Shown one piece after another: positions 1-9,223 of a stretch of DNA of 64,000 nucleotides. Origin of the DNA: an uncultured Candidatus Saccharibacteria bacterium (GTDB taxonomy: Bacteria; Patescibacteriota; Minisyncoccia; Phycocordibacterales; JAACPR01). Below the pieces are notes generated by a model. That model made no database searches. It was not told the origin of the DNA and saw only the letters and a list, made by a program, of their open reading frames with translations. Made by a program: the position numbers and the translations under genes. The stretch lies in NCBI GenBank assembly GCA_964538855.1, contig CAZIEY010000002.1:65709-129708 (forward strand), read 5' to 3'. Numbering within the stretch: position 1 is the first letter of the stretch; each line of letters starts with the position of its first letter.

Positions 1-770
1 CAACCGCTCACATGAACTGGTGTAGAAAAAGTCGCTGTTTTAATTTTGACACCATTTTGATCATCCATCACGCGAATTGGTGAAAGCGCATTTTCACATG
101 CCACGAATTGCCCTTGCTCGAGAGTTCCATTTTTAATTACAAGCGTTGCGGAAATTCCGATGCGTTTGTCTTTATTTACTTCGACAATATAACCAGTTGC
201 AGGTAGGGAAGTATCGGCTTTGAGACCTTCTACTTCGGCAGAAAGCAAAATGAGGTCGAGTAATTCCTCGATGTTTTCACCAGTTTTTGCAGAAATTGCA
301 ACGGCTGGCACATTACCACCGTAACCTTCGACATAAATTCCGTTTTCGACAAGGCTGTTTTTTGTTCCATCAACGTTAGCACGCGGCGCGTCGATTTTGT
401 TAATTGCAACAATGAAAGGCATTTTTACGCGATTAATGACCTCGTAAGCTTCCATTGTCTGGGGCATGACACCATCTTCTGCAGACACAATTAGAATCGC
501 AATGTCTGCGACGGAGGCACCGCGACTACGCACACCTTTGAATGCTTCGTGACCAGGAGTATCCAAAAAAGTGATACGTTTTACTATACCTGCCTTGTCT
601 TTATGTTCGACTTCGTATGCACCGAGGTGTTGGGTAATTCCGCCTGCTTCGCCTGCAACAACATTCGATTTGCGAATAAAATCAAGAAGTGTCGATTTTC
701 CGTGATCGATGTGACCCATGATAACAACCACAGGTGGGCGCTCTATGAGGTTAGGAGTTTTGTCAGACAT
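1..770 (-). CDS. infB: Translation initiation factor IF-2, partial; the gene runs off the window start
   Basis: Reverse translation from the ATG at 770..768 gives MSDKTPNLIERPPVVVIMGHIDHGKSTLLDFIRK...FLDTPGHEAF...AINKID, the IF-2 GTPase G1/G3/G4 motifs. The G domain sits at the very N-terminus. Confidence 0.8.
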   Translation of the reverse strand, partial: MSDKTPNLIERPPVVVIMGHIDHGKSTLLDFIRKSNVVAGEAGGITQHLGAYEVEHKDKAGIVKRITFLDTPGHEAFKGVRSRGASVADIAILIVSAEDGVMPQTMEAYEVINRVKMPFIVAINKIDAPRANVDGTKNSLVENGIYVEGYGGNVPAVAISAKTGENIEELLDLILLSAEVEGLKADTSLPATGYIVEVNKDKRIGISATLVIKNGTLEQGQFVACENALSPIRVMDDQNGVKIKTATFSTPVHVSG

Positions 771-774
771 TGCC

Positions 775-1266
775 CTACATGATGCATGATTTTTGGGCGT
801 TTGTCAAAGCTAGATTTTCTTCTTCTGACAGATTTACCTCTGCTTTAAAGCTTGAAATTTTCTTGGTAAAGACATTGACGCGGTCACGAGTGTGGAGGCT
901 CGATACGATAACCCCATCACCGTTGCTATTGAGAAGTGCCACTGCGAATGATTTTCCGCCAGATTCAGCGCCGGCAAACGCATTGAAGTTGATTGCTTCT
1001 ACTCCGCGAATACTTTGGCCAATTCTTTTCTCGACTGTTTTCAAGTAGCTTTCTAGCTCTGTCTTAAACACACCAAAATTGTTCAGGTCTTTGCGCATAA
1101 TAACAAAAGAATCTTCGAGAGATTGGGCGTCTTTTCCATACATCAATTTACTGACTCGAATTTGCAATCGGATATTCCAAACAAGTAAAATAATGAAAAG
1201 AATCGATAAAAGAATCAACATATAAAATTGTATGTCACTTGTGATGAGTTCCATAATGTGTAACAT
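775..1266 (-). CDS. Hypothetical membrane-anchored protein; the start may be an internal Met
   Basis: 163-aa ORF with an N-terminal hydrophobic helix (MLILLSILFIILLVW). Divergent from the downstream + gene, with only 8 bp between the annotated starts. Confidence 0.4.
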   Translation of the reverse strand: MLHIMELITSDIQFYMLILLSILFIILLVWNIRLQIRVSKLMYGKDAQSLEDSFVIMRKDLNNFGVFKTELESYLKTVEKRIGQSIRGVEAINFNAFAGAESGGKSFAVALLNSNGDGVIVSSLHTRDRVNVFTKKISSFKAEVNLSEEENLALTNAQKSCIM

Positions 1267-1274
1267 TATAAAGT

Positions 1275-2495
1275 ATGAATCTATTTTTCAAAAGGGTGTT
1301 CTTAGATTATGCAGCAACAACGCCGGTTGATGCGCGGGTTTTTCGCGCAATGAAACCGTATTTTTCGGATAATTTTTCTAATCCGCTCTCTTTTTACCAA
1401 GAGGGTTTAATCGCAGAAAGGGCCGTGTCAGAAGCGCGTAAAAAAGTTGCTCAAATTACTGGAGTTAAAGACACTGAAGTTTTTTTCACTGGCTCAGGAA
1501 CCGAGAGTGATAATCTTGCTTTATTTGGAATCTTGTCTGGAATTAAAAAAGATGACTCTCATTTATTTGAAATGTGGAAAAATAAAAAGCCGCACATTTT
1601 AACAACGGTTGTTGAGCATCCTGCAATTTTAGAATCAGCACGAGAAATTGAAAAGATGGGTTTGGCGACGGTCGCATATATGCCAGTTTTGGAAGAGGGT
1701 TTGGTCGACACGTCAACACTTCAAAAGTATTTGTCGGAAGACACACTCGTTGTTTCTATAATGCTTGTAAATAATGAGATCGGTTCTATTAATTCTATTC
1801 GAGATGTGAGCCGTGAAATTAAAAAGTTCAAGAATAAAATTGGACGTCGACACGATGAAGCTCCGTATCTTCACACTGATGCGAGTCAGTCACCATGTTT
1901 TCTGGATGTTCATTTGGATAGGCTTGGCGCAGATCTCATGACGCTCGATGGGTCAAAGATTTATGGACCAAAGGGAATTGGGTGTTTGATCAAAAAAAGT
2001 TATGTGCCGATGGCAGGAATTCAGTTCGGTGGTAATCAAGAATATGGTATTCGTCCAGGGACACACAATGTTCCAGCGATTGTCGGATTTGCAAAGGCTC
2101 TTGAGATCGCACATATGTATCGTGAAAAAGATAGTGCAAGAATTGCTGCGCTTCAAACATATTTTTTGGACGTTCTCGCAAAAGATTTTCCAGAGGTGCG
2201 AGTAAACGGTGGAATTAAAAATCGTATCCCTAATAACGTGAATATTTGTGTTGATGGTTTAAATTCTGAATTTGCTGTGATTCAACTCGATGAACTCGGT
2301 GTGGCATGTTCTGCGATGACATCGTGTAAAAGCACTTCCGAAAATGCCCGGTCGTATGTAGTTGATGCGCTTGGAAAAAAATGCGGAACATCGTCGTTAC
2401 GATTCACACTTGGAAGAAACACTTCTCGCACTGACATCAATTTTGTAGCCAAAAAGTTACGAAAGGTTATTGACTTGCAAAAACTTGGAAAATAG
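1275..2495 (+). CDS. Cysteine desulfurase (class V aminotransferase, IscS/NifS family)
   Basis: VFLDYAATTPVD N-terminus, HTDASQS, PLP-lysine context DGSKIYGPKG, and the catalytic Cys region GVACSAMTSC. Confidence 0.85.
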   Translation: MNLFFKRVFLDYAATTPVDARVFRAMKPYFSDNFSNPLSFYQEGLIAERAVSEARKKVAQITGVKDTEVFFTGSGTESDNLALFGILSGIKKDDSHLFEMWKNKKPHILTTVVEHPAILESAREIEKMGLATVAYMPVLEEGLVDTSTLQKYLSEDTLVVSIMLVNNEIGSINSIRDVSREIKKFKNKIGRRHDEAPYLHTDASQSPCFLDVHLDRLGADLMTLDGSKIYGPKGIGCLIKKSYVPMAGIQFGGNQEYGIRPGTHNVPAIVGFAKALEIAHMYREKDSARIAALQTYFLDVLAKDFPEVRVNGGIKNRIPNNVNICVDGLNSEFAVIQLDELGVACSAMTSCKSTSENARSYVVDALGKKCGTSSLRFTLGRNTSRTDINFVAKKLRKVIDLQKLGK

Positions 2496-2523
2496 GTGAA
2501 ATTTTGCTACTATAGAAATACAT

Positions 2524-3327
2524 ATGAATGATTTAAATTCGCAACAAATCGTTTTATTGACTCTTCTCGTAAGCTTCGTAACTTCGATTGCAACGGGTAT
2601 TGTGACTGTATCATTATTAGAGCAGGCTCCTGAACCTGTAACGCAAACTATTAACCGAATTGTAGAGAAAACAGTAGAGCGAGTTGTGTCTGAACCAGTA
2701 GAGGGAAATGATAAACCAACTGAAAAAGAAGTAGTAACCGTGGTTGTTAAAGAAGAGGACCTCACTATCGATGCTGTCAAAAGAAATTCAGACAGTGTGG
2801 TGCGAGTTTACAGTGTAGTGGGCGGTGTCAAACAATTTATCTCGCTAGGTCTTGTCATAGGGGGTAATGGTGATTTTATTACTGACAGTAGTCGAATCCA
2901 AAAACGAAATAAATATGTTGCTGTCTATAAAAACGGAGAATTTCCTATCGAAATTTCATATCAAGAAGACGGTGGATCTTTCGTAATTATGACACCGACT
3001 CAAAAAGATGCGACTGGTTTCGTGACGGGAACATATGCTGATTCAAACAGTATGCAGCTCGGTCAATCGGTAATTGCACTTGCAGGAGAAAATTCGCTTG
3101 CGGTTGCCACAGGAATAATTACACAGATTCTCAAGGAGGGCGAATCGGTTACTCGAATCGACACTTCGATTCCTTCAGTAAGTGTTTTGCCTGGCACAAT
3201 GTTTTTGAATCTCAAGGGTGAAATCGCAGGTCTCAATGTGTCGACCGTTGGCTCGATTTCATTTGTGCCAGCTAATATGGTAAAAGAGTTTTTATCACGT
3301 CGCGTCCCAGTTGTTGCTAATAAATAA
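2524..3327 (+). CDS. Membrane-anchored HtrA/trypsin-like (S1C) domain protein with degenerate catalytic residues (pseudoprotease)
   Basis: N-terminal TM helix. The C-terminal region TRIDTSIPSVSVLPGTMFLNLKGEIAGLNV aligns to HtrA [27 protein letters not shown] with the Ser position replaced. The GYVVTNNHVV region aligns to GDFITDSSRI, with no His. Confidence 0.45.
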   Translation: MNDLNSQQIVLLTLLVSFVTSIATGIVTVSLLEQAPEPVTQTINRIVEKTVERVVSEPVEGNDKPTEKEVVTVVVKEEDLTIDAVKRNSDSVVRVYSVVGGVKQFISLGLVIGGNGDFITDSSRIQKRNKYVAVYKNGEFPIEISYQEDGGSFVIMTPTQKDATGFVTGTYADSNSMQLGQSVIALAGENSLAVATGIITQILKEGESVTRIDTSIPSVSVLPGTMFLNLKGEIAGLNVSTVGSISFVPANMVKEFLSRRVPVVANK

Positions 3328-3333
3328 AAAATT

Positions 3334-6018
3334 ATGGTGCCACCATTCAAAAATTTTACATCGAAAGCAAGAGAGGCGATTCGACAAGCGCATGAATTGG
3401 CGCTTGAACGTGGACAAAATCACGTCAATCCACTCCATTTGCTCACCGCACTTCTCACACAAGACGAGAGTTTGGTTATTTCCATTCTCGATAAAATGTC
3501 CAAAGATAGCACTCTGATTTCAGAACGCCTCTTTGATTTGATTGAGGCGCCAGAAGGTTCACCTACATTGTCACCATCATTTCAAATGTATCTATCACCG
3601 GAATTGGCGCAGGTGATCGAGCATTCTAGTCGTATTGCAACCGCGATGAAGGATGAATTCGTTTCAGTCGAACACCTTTTACTTGCAATGTTTGATGCGG
3701 GTGGAGAGGTCACTGAAATTCTTAATCAATTTAAAATTGATAAAGAAGAAGTACTCCGCATCATGAAAGAATTGAAAAATTCCAAGGGTTCAGAAACACA
3801 CGCCACAAAATCTACAAAATCGATTCAGAAATATACACAAAGCCTGACTAAAAAAGCACTCGAGAAAAAGATTGATCCTGTGATAGGTCGTGATTCAGAG
3901 ACAAATCGCATTATTCAAATTTTGTCTCGTCGCACAAAAAATAATCCAATTTTAATTGGAGAAGCGGGTGTTGGTAAAACCGCGATTGTCGAGGGGCTTG
4001 CGAATCGAATCACATCGGGCGATGTACCAGAATCTTTGAAAGACAAAGATGTCGTTTCGCTTGATCTCGGTTCATTGGTGGCCGGAACAAAATACCGTGG
4101 TGAATTCGAGGATCGCCTCAAGAAAATCATGAAGGAAGTCAAAGAGGCCGACGGTAAAATTATTTTGTTTGTGGACGAAATTCACATGCTTGCAGGTGCG
4201 GGTGCAGCCGAAGGGTCACTTGATGCTTCGAATATGCTAAAGCCGGCTTTGGCACGTGGAGAATTTAAATGCATTGGCGCGACGACTCTCAAAGAATATC
4301 AAAAATATATTGAAAAAGACGCGGCGCTGACTCGACGTTTTCAGCCTGTTTTGGTGAGCGAACCTTCCGTCGAAGACGCAATTGCGATTATGCGTGGACT
4401 CAAAGAAAAATATGAACTTTACCACGGTGTACGAATTACAGATGACGCGATTGTGGCATCAGTTGAATTGTCGAGTCGTTACATCACCGACCGATTTTTG
4501 CCAGACAAAGCAGTTGATTTAATTGATGAAGCTGCATCAAGTTTGAAAATTGCGCTTGATAATATGCCACCGGAATTGGAGGCGGCTCGTCGTAAAATTT
4601 TGCGTCTTGAAATTGAACATGAAGCGTTGAAAAACGAGGAGAAAAAATCTGTCAAAGCCCAAAACCGTTTTCGTGATGTCAAAAAAGAAATTGCTGACCT
4701 CAAAGAGGCTAATAGCGAATTGGATTTGAAATGGAAAAACGAAAAGGAAACTATTGCGATCATCAAAGGCCTCAAACAACAGCTAGAGGTGGCGCGCATC
4801 GATGCGGATGCGGCGGTTGCTTCGGCTGATTTGACGACAGCTGCCGAAATTAAGTACGGTAATATTCCAAATCTCGAAAAAGAATTGGCGGCTGCTGACA
4901 AGCGCCTCAAAAAATTGCAGAGCTCTCGACGTATTTTAAAAGAAGAAATTTTGGAATCGGATATTGCCGAAGTAGTTGAACGATGGACTGGTATCCCAAC
5001 AAACCGCATTTTGGAAGGGGAAATCGATAAATTGTCACGCATCGAGACAGAACTCAAAAAGAAAATCATCGGTCAAGATGTTGCAGTCCGAAAAATCGCT
5101 GATACGATTCGTCGCTCACGCGCTGGGATTTCTGATCCAAATCGTCCGATCGGTTCGTTTATTTTCCTCGGGCCAACAGGTGTGGGTAAAACTGAATTAA
5201 CAAAAACGCTCGCGGAATTTTTATTCAATGACGCCAAGGCACTTATCCGTGTCGACATGTCTGAATTTATGGAGAAACATTCAGTTTCAAAATTAATCGG
5301 TGCTCCGCCAGGATATGTTGGTCACGAAGAATCGGGCAGTTTAACTGAAACGGTACGTCATCGACCGTACTCGGTAATTTTGTTTGATGAAATTGAAAAA
5401 GCCCACCCAGAGGTTTTCAATATTCTTCTTCAAGTTCTCGACAATGGACGCCTCACGGATGGAAAGGGTCGCGTGGTCAACTTCAAAAACACTGTTATTA
5501 TTTTGACTTCAAACATCGGTGCTGAACACATCGACAAGATGGAAAAAATCGGTTTCATCGACAATACGAGCGAAGCGAAACAATACGAGGACGCCAAGAA
5601 AAAAATCGAAAAATCTCTCAAGGATCATTTCCGTCCAGAATTTTTGAATCGTCTCGATGATATTGTGATTTTTGATGTCTTGAATCAGGACGTGATCAAA
5701 CAAATTGTTGATATTCAAATGACCGAAGTTGCAAAGCGTCTTGCTGAAAAAGAAATTACACTCAAATTTACACCGGCTGTCGTTGCGTATCTCGGAGTGA
5801 ATGGTTATGACGCACATTACGGAGCGCGTCCTATCAAGCGCATTATTCAAAACAAGATTTTGAATCAAATTGCACAGCTCATTATTAATCGAAAAATCTC
5901 AGCTGGTGACACGATTTCTCTCAATGTGAAAAACGATCAATTTGTCTTTGACGTAAAATCTGGCAAAATCGCGTCATCTTTCAAAGACTCGGACATCAGC
6001 GAAGTTTTATCTGTCTAA
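3334..6018 (+). CDS. clpB: ATP-dependent chaperone ClpB
   Basis: Clp N-domain repeats, two Walker A boxes ([15 protein letters not shown] and [19 protein letters not shown]), and a long coiled-coil M-domain between the AAA modules; 894 aa. Confidence 0.9.
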   Translation: MVPPFKNFTSKAREAIRQAHELALERGQNHVNPLHLLTALLTQDESLVISILDKMSKDSTLISERLFDLIEAPEGSPTLSPSFQMYLSPELAQVIEHSSRIATAMKDEFVSVEHLLLAMFDAGGEVTEILNQFKIDKEEVLRIMKELKNSKGSETHATKSTKSIQKYTQSLTKKALEKKIDPVIGRDSETNRIIQILSRRTKNNPILIGEAGVGKTAIVEGLANRITSGDVPESLKDKDVVSLDLGSLVAGTKYRGEFEDRLKKIMKEVKEADGKIILFVDEIHMLAGAGAAEGSLDASNMLKPALARGEFKCIGATTLKEYQKYIEKDAALTRRFQPVLVSEPSVEDAIAIMRGLKEKYELYHGVRITDDAIVASVELSSRYITDRFLPDKAVDLIDEAASSLKIALDNMPPELEAARRKILRLEIEHEALKNEEKKSVKAQNRFRDVKKEIADLKEANSELDLKWKNEKETIAIIKGLKQQLEVARIDADAAVASADLTTAAEIKYGNIPNLEKELAAADKRLKKLQSSRRILKEEILESDIAEVVERWTGIPTNRILEGEIDKLSRIETELKKKIIGQDVAVRKIADTIRRSRAGISDPNRPIGSFIFLGPTGVGKTELTKTLAEFLFNDAKALIRVDMSEFMEKHSVSKLIGAPPGYVGHEESGSLTETVRHRPYSVILFDEIEKAHPEVFNILLQVLDNGRLTDGKGRVVNFKNTVIILTSNIGAEHIDKMEKIGFIDNTSEAKQYEDAKKKIEKSLKDHFRPEFLNRLDDIVIFDVLNQDVIKQIVDIQMTEVAKRLAEKEITLKFTPAVVAYLGVNGYDAHYGARPIKRIIQNKILNQIAQLIINRKISAGDTISLNVKNDQFVFDVKSGKIASSFKDSDISEVLSV

Positions 6019-6137
6019 AAACAAAATAACTCGAAATTTTAAAAGTCTGGTTGATCATCAACACAAAACGCACATCCACTTCTGAACGTGCGTGATGCGA
6101 CCCGAGGACTTTAAAATTTCGAGTTATTTTGTTTTTT
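6019..6137. repeat. Palindromic intergenic element, copy 1 (long form)
   Basis: Outer inverted repeat aaaacaaaataactcgaaatttt / aaaatttcgagttattttgtttt encloses a conserved core, ttaaaagtctggttga...gcgacccgaggactttaaaa, with an inner hairpin (acgcac...gtgcgt). Starts 1 nt after the clpB stop and abuts the tRNA-Tyr 3' end. Confidence 0.75.
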
Positions 6138-6224
6138 TGGTGCGCAGAGAAGGATTCGAACCTTCGTAACCCATTGGGTGACAGATTTACAGTCTGTTGT
6201 AATTGACCACTCTACCATCTGCGC
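6138..6224 (-). tRNA. tRNA-Tyr (anticodon GUA), type II long variable arm; CCA encoded
   Basis: Reverse complement reads GCGCAGA-TG-GTAGAGTGG...AGACTGTAAATCTG...CACCCAATGGGTTACG-AAGGTTCGAATCCTT-CTCTGCGC-A-CCA. Acceptor pairing is perfect, the T-loop is TTCGAAT, and the anticodon loop is CTGTAAA. Confidence 0.9.
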
Positions 6225-6327
6225 AATACATACTATACTAACCGTTTTTGAGGTGATTGTCCATCATGGAAAGTCATCTTTTGTTGACATCGCTAATAAC
6301 TATTAGTATAATATTACCCATACAAAT

Positions 6328-6948
6328 ATGTTTAATCACGACGACTCAAAGGATTTTTATGCAAACATCTCGTACTTCCTTGCGGTTACTATAGGGGTTT
6401 TTGCCGTTACTTTTGGGACCTTGTATTATTTGAATTTGGTTCCTGGTTCGCTTCGACAAGCGGCCACCTTGCCGGAAGAAGAAATAGAAGATGTCGAGGA
6501 CGCTCCAATCAGTGCTACTTTGCCGGATCGAATTACCATTCCAAAAATAGGACTTGATGCAATTGTTGGGCATGCGCCTTCACAGGACATTGCGACACTC
6601 AATAGATATGTTGCAGCTGGCGCAGTGTATTATCCTGGGTCTGGAACAATAGAGCAGGGGAATATGTTCGTATTTGGCCACAGCTCTGATTTGTATCGCT
6701 CGGTGCAAAATCCTGCCGACAAGGTTTTTAATAATTTGACCAAGCTTTCTGCTGGCGATGAAATCACTGTGACAGGGGATGGTCAACGATATGTGTATGT
6801 TGTTACTTCCGTTCGTGCCGCCAAGGAGGACACAGAATTGGTGACTTTTGATACTTCTAAGCGTCGAATTACGCTTTCTACTTGTAATACTTTTGGCGAG
6901 AAACAGGATCGTACTGTGGTTGAAGCCGAATTTAGCTATAGTTTATAA
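6328..6948 (+). CDS. Sortase-family transpeptidase
   Basis: N-terminal TM anchor, beta-barrel motifs PDRITIPKIGLDAIV and FVFGHSS, the active-site TLSTC motif (ITLSTCNTF), and a conserved downstream Arg. Confidence 0.8.
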   Translation: MFNHDDSKDFYANISYFLAVTIGVFAVTFGTLYYLNLVPGSLRQAATLPEEEIEDVEDAPISATLPDRITIPKIGLDAIVGHAPSQDIATLNRYVAAGAVYYPGSGTIEQGNMFVFGHSSDLYRSVQNPADKVFNNLTKLSAGDEITVTGDGQRYVYVVTSVRAAKEDTELVTFDTSKRRITLSTCNTFGEKQDRTVVEAEFSYSL

Positions 6949-6973
6949 GGGTATTTGAGACTATCAATATTGC

Positions 6974-7002
6974 TTGACAAAAGTATACAAGGTGATATAA
7001 TA
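6974..7002 (+). promoter_or_regulatory. Sigma-70-like promoter (TTGACA-16-TATAAT) upstream of the 7092 gene
   Basis: ttgaca at 6974-6979 and tataat about 16 nt downstream. Followed by SD aggagaag 7 nt before the ATG at 7092. Confidence 0.5.
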
Positions 7003-7091
7003 TATTTCAGGAGTTTAGGTGATGCGTCGTTACGCGTTATTCTGAGCTTGCTCATTCTCAAATCTCGAACCAACCCCCTAGGAGAAGTATC

Positions 7092-7964
7092 ATGTGGATG
7101 TGGACCTGGATCAAAACTCATAAGGCGCTGACGGCACTTGTAGTCTTGGCGATTGCCATTGCGGTGACTGCCTGGAGGAAGTGGCCTGATACCACCAAGA
7201 TCGAAGCGTCCGCAAAGGCTGAAATGCATGTTAAACTGCAGCAGCTTGAGGACGAGAAAAAGGTCTTAGCGGATAAACTTGCGAGTTCGGAAAAGTTCAC
7301 CAAAGAGTTGGATGAATGGAGCACGCAGCAAACAAATAAGCTTGCTGCCGTGTCGAACGAACTCGTGCAGGTCAAAGCAGCTCTTGAAGCTGCTACTAAG
7401 CCGGCGACTACAGACGCGGTGGAGCGGGCTTCAAACCCCAGTTCATCGGTGTCGTCGACCCTGACGATCAAGGTGCAGGAGAAGAGTCAGGCAGTTGACC
7501 GAGAGCACGCCGAGGCAAAGCTGCAAGGCATGTTCACTTCGGGAACGTTGGTTGATCCAAAGGCGCCTGTTGAAACCCAGCGTGCCTTCGGAGAAGCTCT
7601 AGCCTCGATGTCTGTTCCCAGCAAGTCTGGTGCAGACCTCAAGGTGACGGAGCGCTTCGTTCCTGCGGGATATCTGTTGGTTCCCACCTGGGAGCAGCAA
7701 CAGACAAAGCTGGGTGGAAACCCAGAGATCGATATCCCCCTGTACAAGGGTGAGTTGGTTGCGGGAACTAAGACCGCTCCACCTGTCGATATCGACTTGG
7801 AATCGGGATACTACTGGTTCCATGTCACCGATGCAAAATTGGTGAATCGGGCGTGGAAACACGCCGTTGAGCAAGAGGTACTTTGGGGCAGAAAGAAAGG
7901 AACTGCGCCCAAGACCCCTTCTCCTCGATCCAGCTTCTTCGGAAGAGGGTCGAGGACATCATAA
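7092..7964 (+). CDS. Hypothetical membrane-anchored coiled-coil protein; conspicuously GC-rich gene
   Basis: 290-aa ORF with strong SD. N-terminal TM (ALTALVVLAIAIAVTAW) followed by a coiled-coil (KLQQLEDEKKVLADKLASSEKF). G+C is visibly above the flanking genes. Confidence 0.6.
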   Translation: MWMWTWIKTHKALTALVVLAIAIAVTAWRKWPDTTKIEASAKAEMHVKLQQLEDEKKVLADKLASSEKFTKELDEWSTQQTNKLAAVSNELVQVKAALEAATKPATTDAVERASNPSSSVSSTLTIKVQEKSQAVDREHAEAKLQGMFTSGTLVDPKAPVETQRAFGEALASMSVPSKSGADLKVTERFVPAGYLLVPTWEQQQTKLGGNPEIDIPLYKGELVAGTKTAPPVDIDLESGYYWFHVTDAKLVNRAWKHAVEQEVLWGRKKGTAPKTPSPRSSFFGRGSRTS

Positions 7965-8110
7965 AGTCGTGGGGGTCGCAAGAGTGAGGATAAACACTCA
8001 AGCGACCTGGTCCATGCAATACGCGTCTCCCGTCTGGGCGACGCGTTTTCATTTGACAAATACTCTTACATATGGTATCATATTAATGAAAATAAATTAT
8101 TTAAAAATAT

Positions 8111-9133
8111 ATGAGTTTATCATTCAACACAAAGAAATATATCAAAATTATCGCATCTTTAATGTGCGTGTTTGCTTTGGTTCCTGGTAGTGTTCATGCA
8201 TTTACAACTATTGCTCCTCAAGATGGTTCATTTACTACAATCGCGCCGCAAGACAGTTCGGTTACAACTATTGCTCCTCAAAATGGATCGGTTACAACTA
8301 TTGCTCCGACGCATCACCAAGACTCGTCTTTTACTACAATCGCACCCTCATACGGTGGTTCTAGTAATTATGGTTCATACGGCGGATCTATCAACTACGG
8401 TGGTTACTCCGGCTATTCAAGCGCATACAGCTACGGCACAAACGGTCCTTCATATACGCCTCGATGGAATCCGAATGTTGGCAACTGGTCTGCGAGCTAC
8501 CAAACAAATTATGCGGTGAATGCCCCTGTTCCAAATACACCAGCTTTCGTTAACGGAAACGGCGGAGAAGTTGATATGAGTGGTTGGACTACAGACTATC
8601 GATTAACATACGGAACAAATACAAGCACAGATTATCGCGTAACTTGTTTCGTTGAAGATACAACTGTTCGACGTGGTGACGATGTAGAATTTTCTGCTCG
8701 AGCTATCGGCGGTTCTGGTGACTACGAATACGAATGGTTTGGTGACGACGGTATCGACAGTTCACGAGATGAATTCGAACATGACTTTGATCACGATGGT
8801 GTGTATCGTGTTTCTGTTGAAGTAACAGATGCGGATGGTTACACTACTTCTGATGATTGTGATCCTATATATGTCGGACAGGGTTATTACGGAGTAAATT
8901 ATGTCCAAGATTACGGCTCACCAGAAGGTGAATTGGCAAATACTTCGTCTGTGTATTTGAGCCAGGTGCCTTATACAGGTGCCAAAGACAATGCGAAAAT
9001 CATTGGTCTTGTCGCACTTGTTGCAGTGTGGTCGGTCGCTCTCGGGTATTATTTCTTGAAGCGCCGAAGCACTCAGGCCGTTTCTAACCGAATTGCAGAT
9101 TTCAAGAAGGCGAATCTCGCAAGTCGAATCTAA
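8111..9133 (+). CDS. Cell-surface protein with tandem repeats, a PKD-like domain and an LPXTG-like (VPYTG) sorting signal
   Basis: Signal peptide, then five ~10-aa repeats (FTTIAPQDGS and variants) and a G/S/Y-rich segment. A PKD-like motif follows (YEYEWFGDDG...HDGVYRVSVEVTDADGYTTS). The C-terminus is VPYTG + hydrophobic helix + KRRS tail, the classic sortase-substrate architecture. Confidence 0.7.
   Translation: MSLSFNTKKYIKIIASLMCVFALVPGSVHAFTTIAPQDGSFTTIAPQDSSVTTIAPQNGSVTTIAPTHHQDSSFTTIAPSYGGSSNYGSYGGSINYGGYSGYSSAYSYGTNGPSYTPRWNPNVGNWSASYQTNYAVNAPVPNTPAFVNGNGGEVDMSGWTTDYRLTYGTNTSTDYRVTCFVEDTTVRRGDDVEFSARAIGGSGDYEYEWFGDDGIDSSRDEFEHDFDHDGVYRVSVEVTDADGYTTSDDCDPIYVGQGYYGVNYVQDYGSPEGELANTSSVYLSQVPYTGAKDNAKIIGLVALVAVWSVALGYYFLKRRSTQAVSNRIADFKKANLASRI
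8201..8362 (+). repeat. Five tandem ~30-39 bp in-frame coding repeats inside the surface-protein gene
   Basis: tttacaactattgctcctcaagatggttca / tttactacaatcgcgccgcaagacagttcg / gttacaactattgctcctcaaaatggatcg and two more variants. Confidence 0.8.
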
Positions 9134-9138
9134 TACGA

Positions 9139-9223
9139 ATCAAACAAAAAACTCTTATATTTTAAAAGTCTGGTTGAGCGAAAGCGACCCGAGGACTTTA
9201 AAATTAAGAGCTTTTTTGTTTGG
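9139..9223. repeat. Palindromic intergenic element, copy 2 (short form) between convergent genes
   Basis: caaacaaaaaactcttatattttaaaagtctggttga-gcgaaa-gcgacccgaggactttaaaattaagagcttttttgtttgg. Same core ends as copy 1, no inner 45-bp module, and the outer arms are again self-complementary. Confidence 0.75.

Noticed and set aside
770-1048. 92-aa + strand ORF overlapping the infB start and the 775-1266 minus gene
   Set aside because: No RBS. It overlaps two genes with better support and is probably spurious.
3915-5868. Multiple minus-strand ORFs (for example 4479-5069 and 5509-5868) inside clpB
   Set aside because: These are antisense to a confidently identified ClpB CDS, with low-complexity, Ser/Arg-rich translations.
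8172-8519. 115-aa + strand ORF overlapping the surface-protein gene in another frame
   Set aside because: It lies entirely inside the better-supported 8111-9133 CDS, which has a signal peptide, repeats and a sorting signal. Leucine-rich composition is typical of off-frame translation of repetitive DNA.
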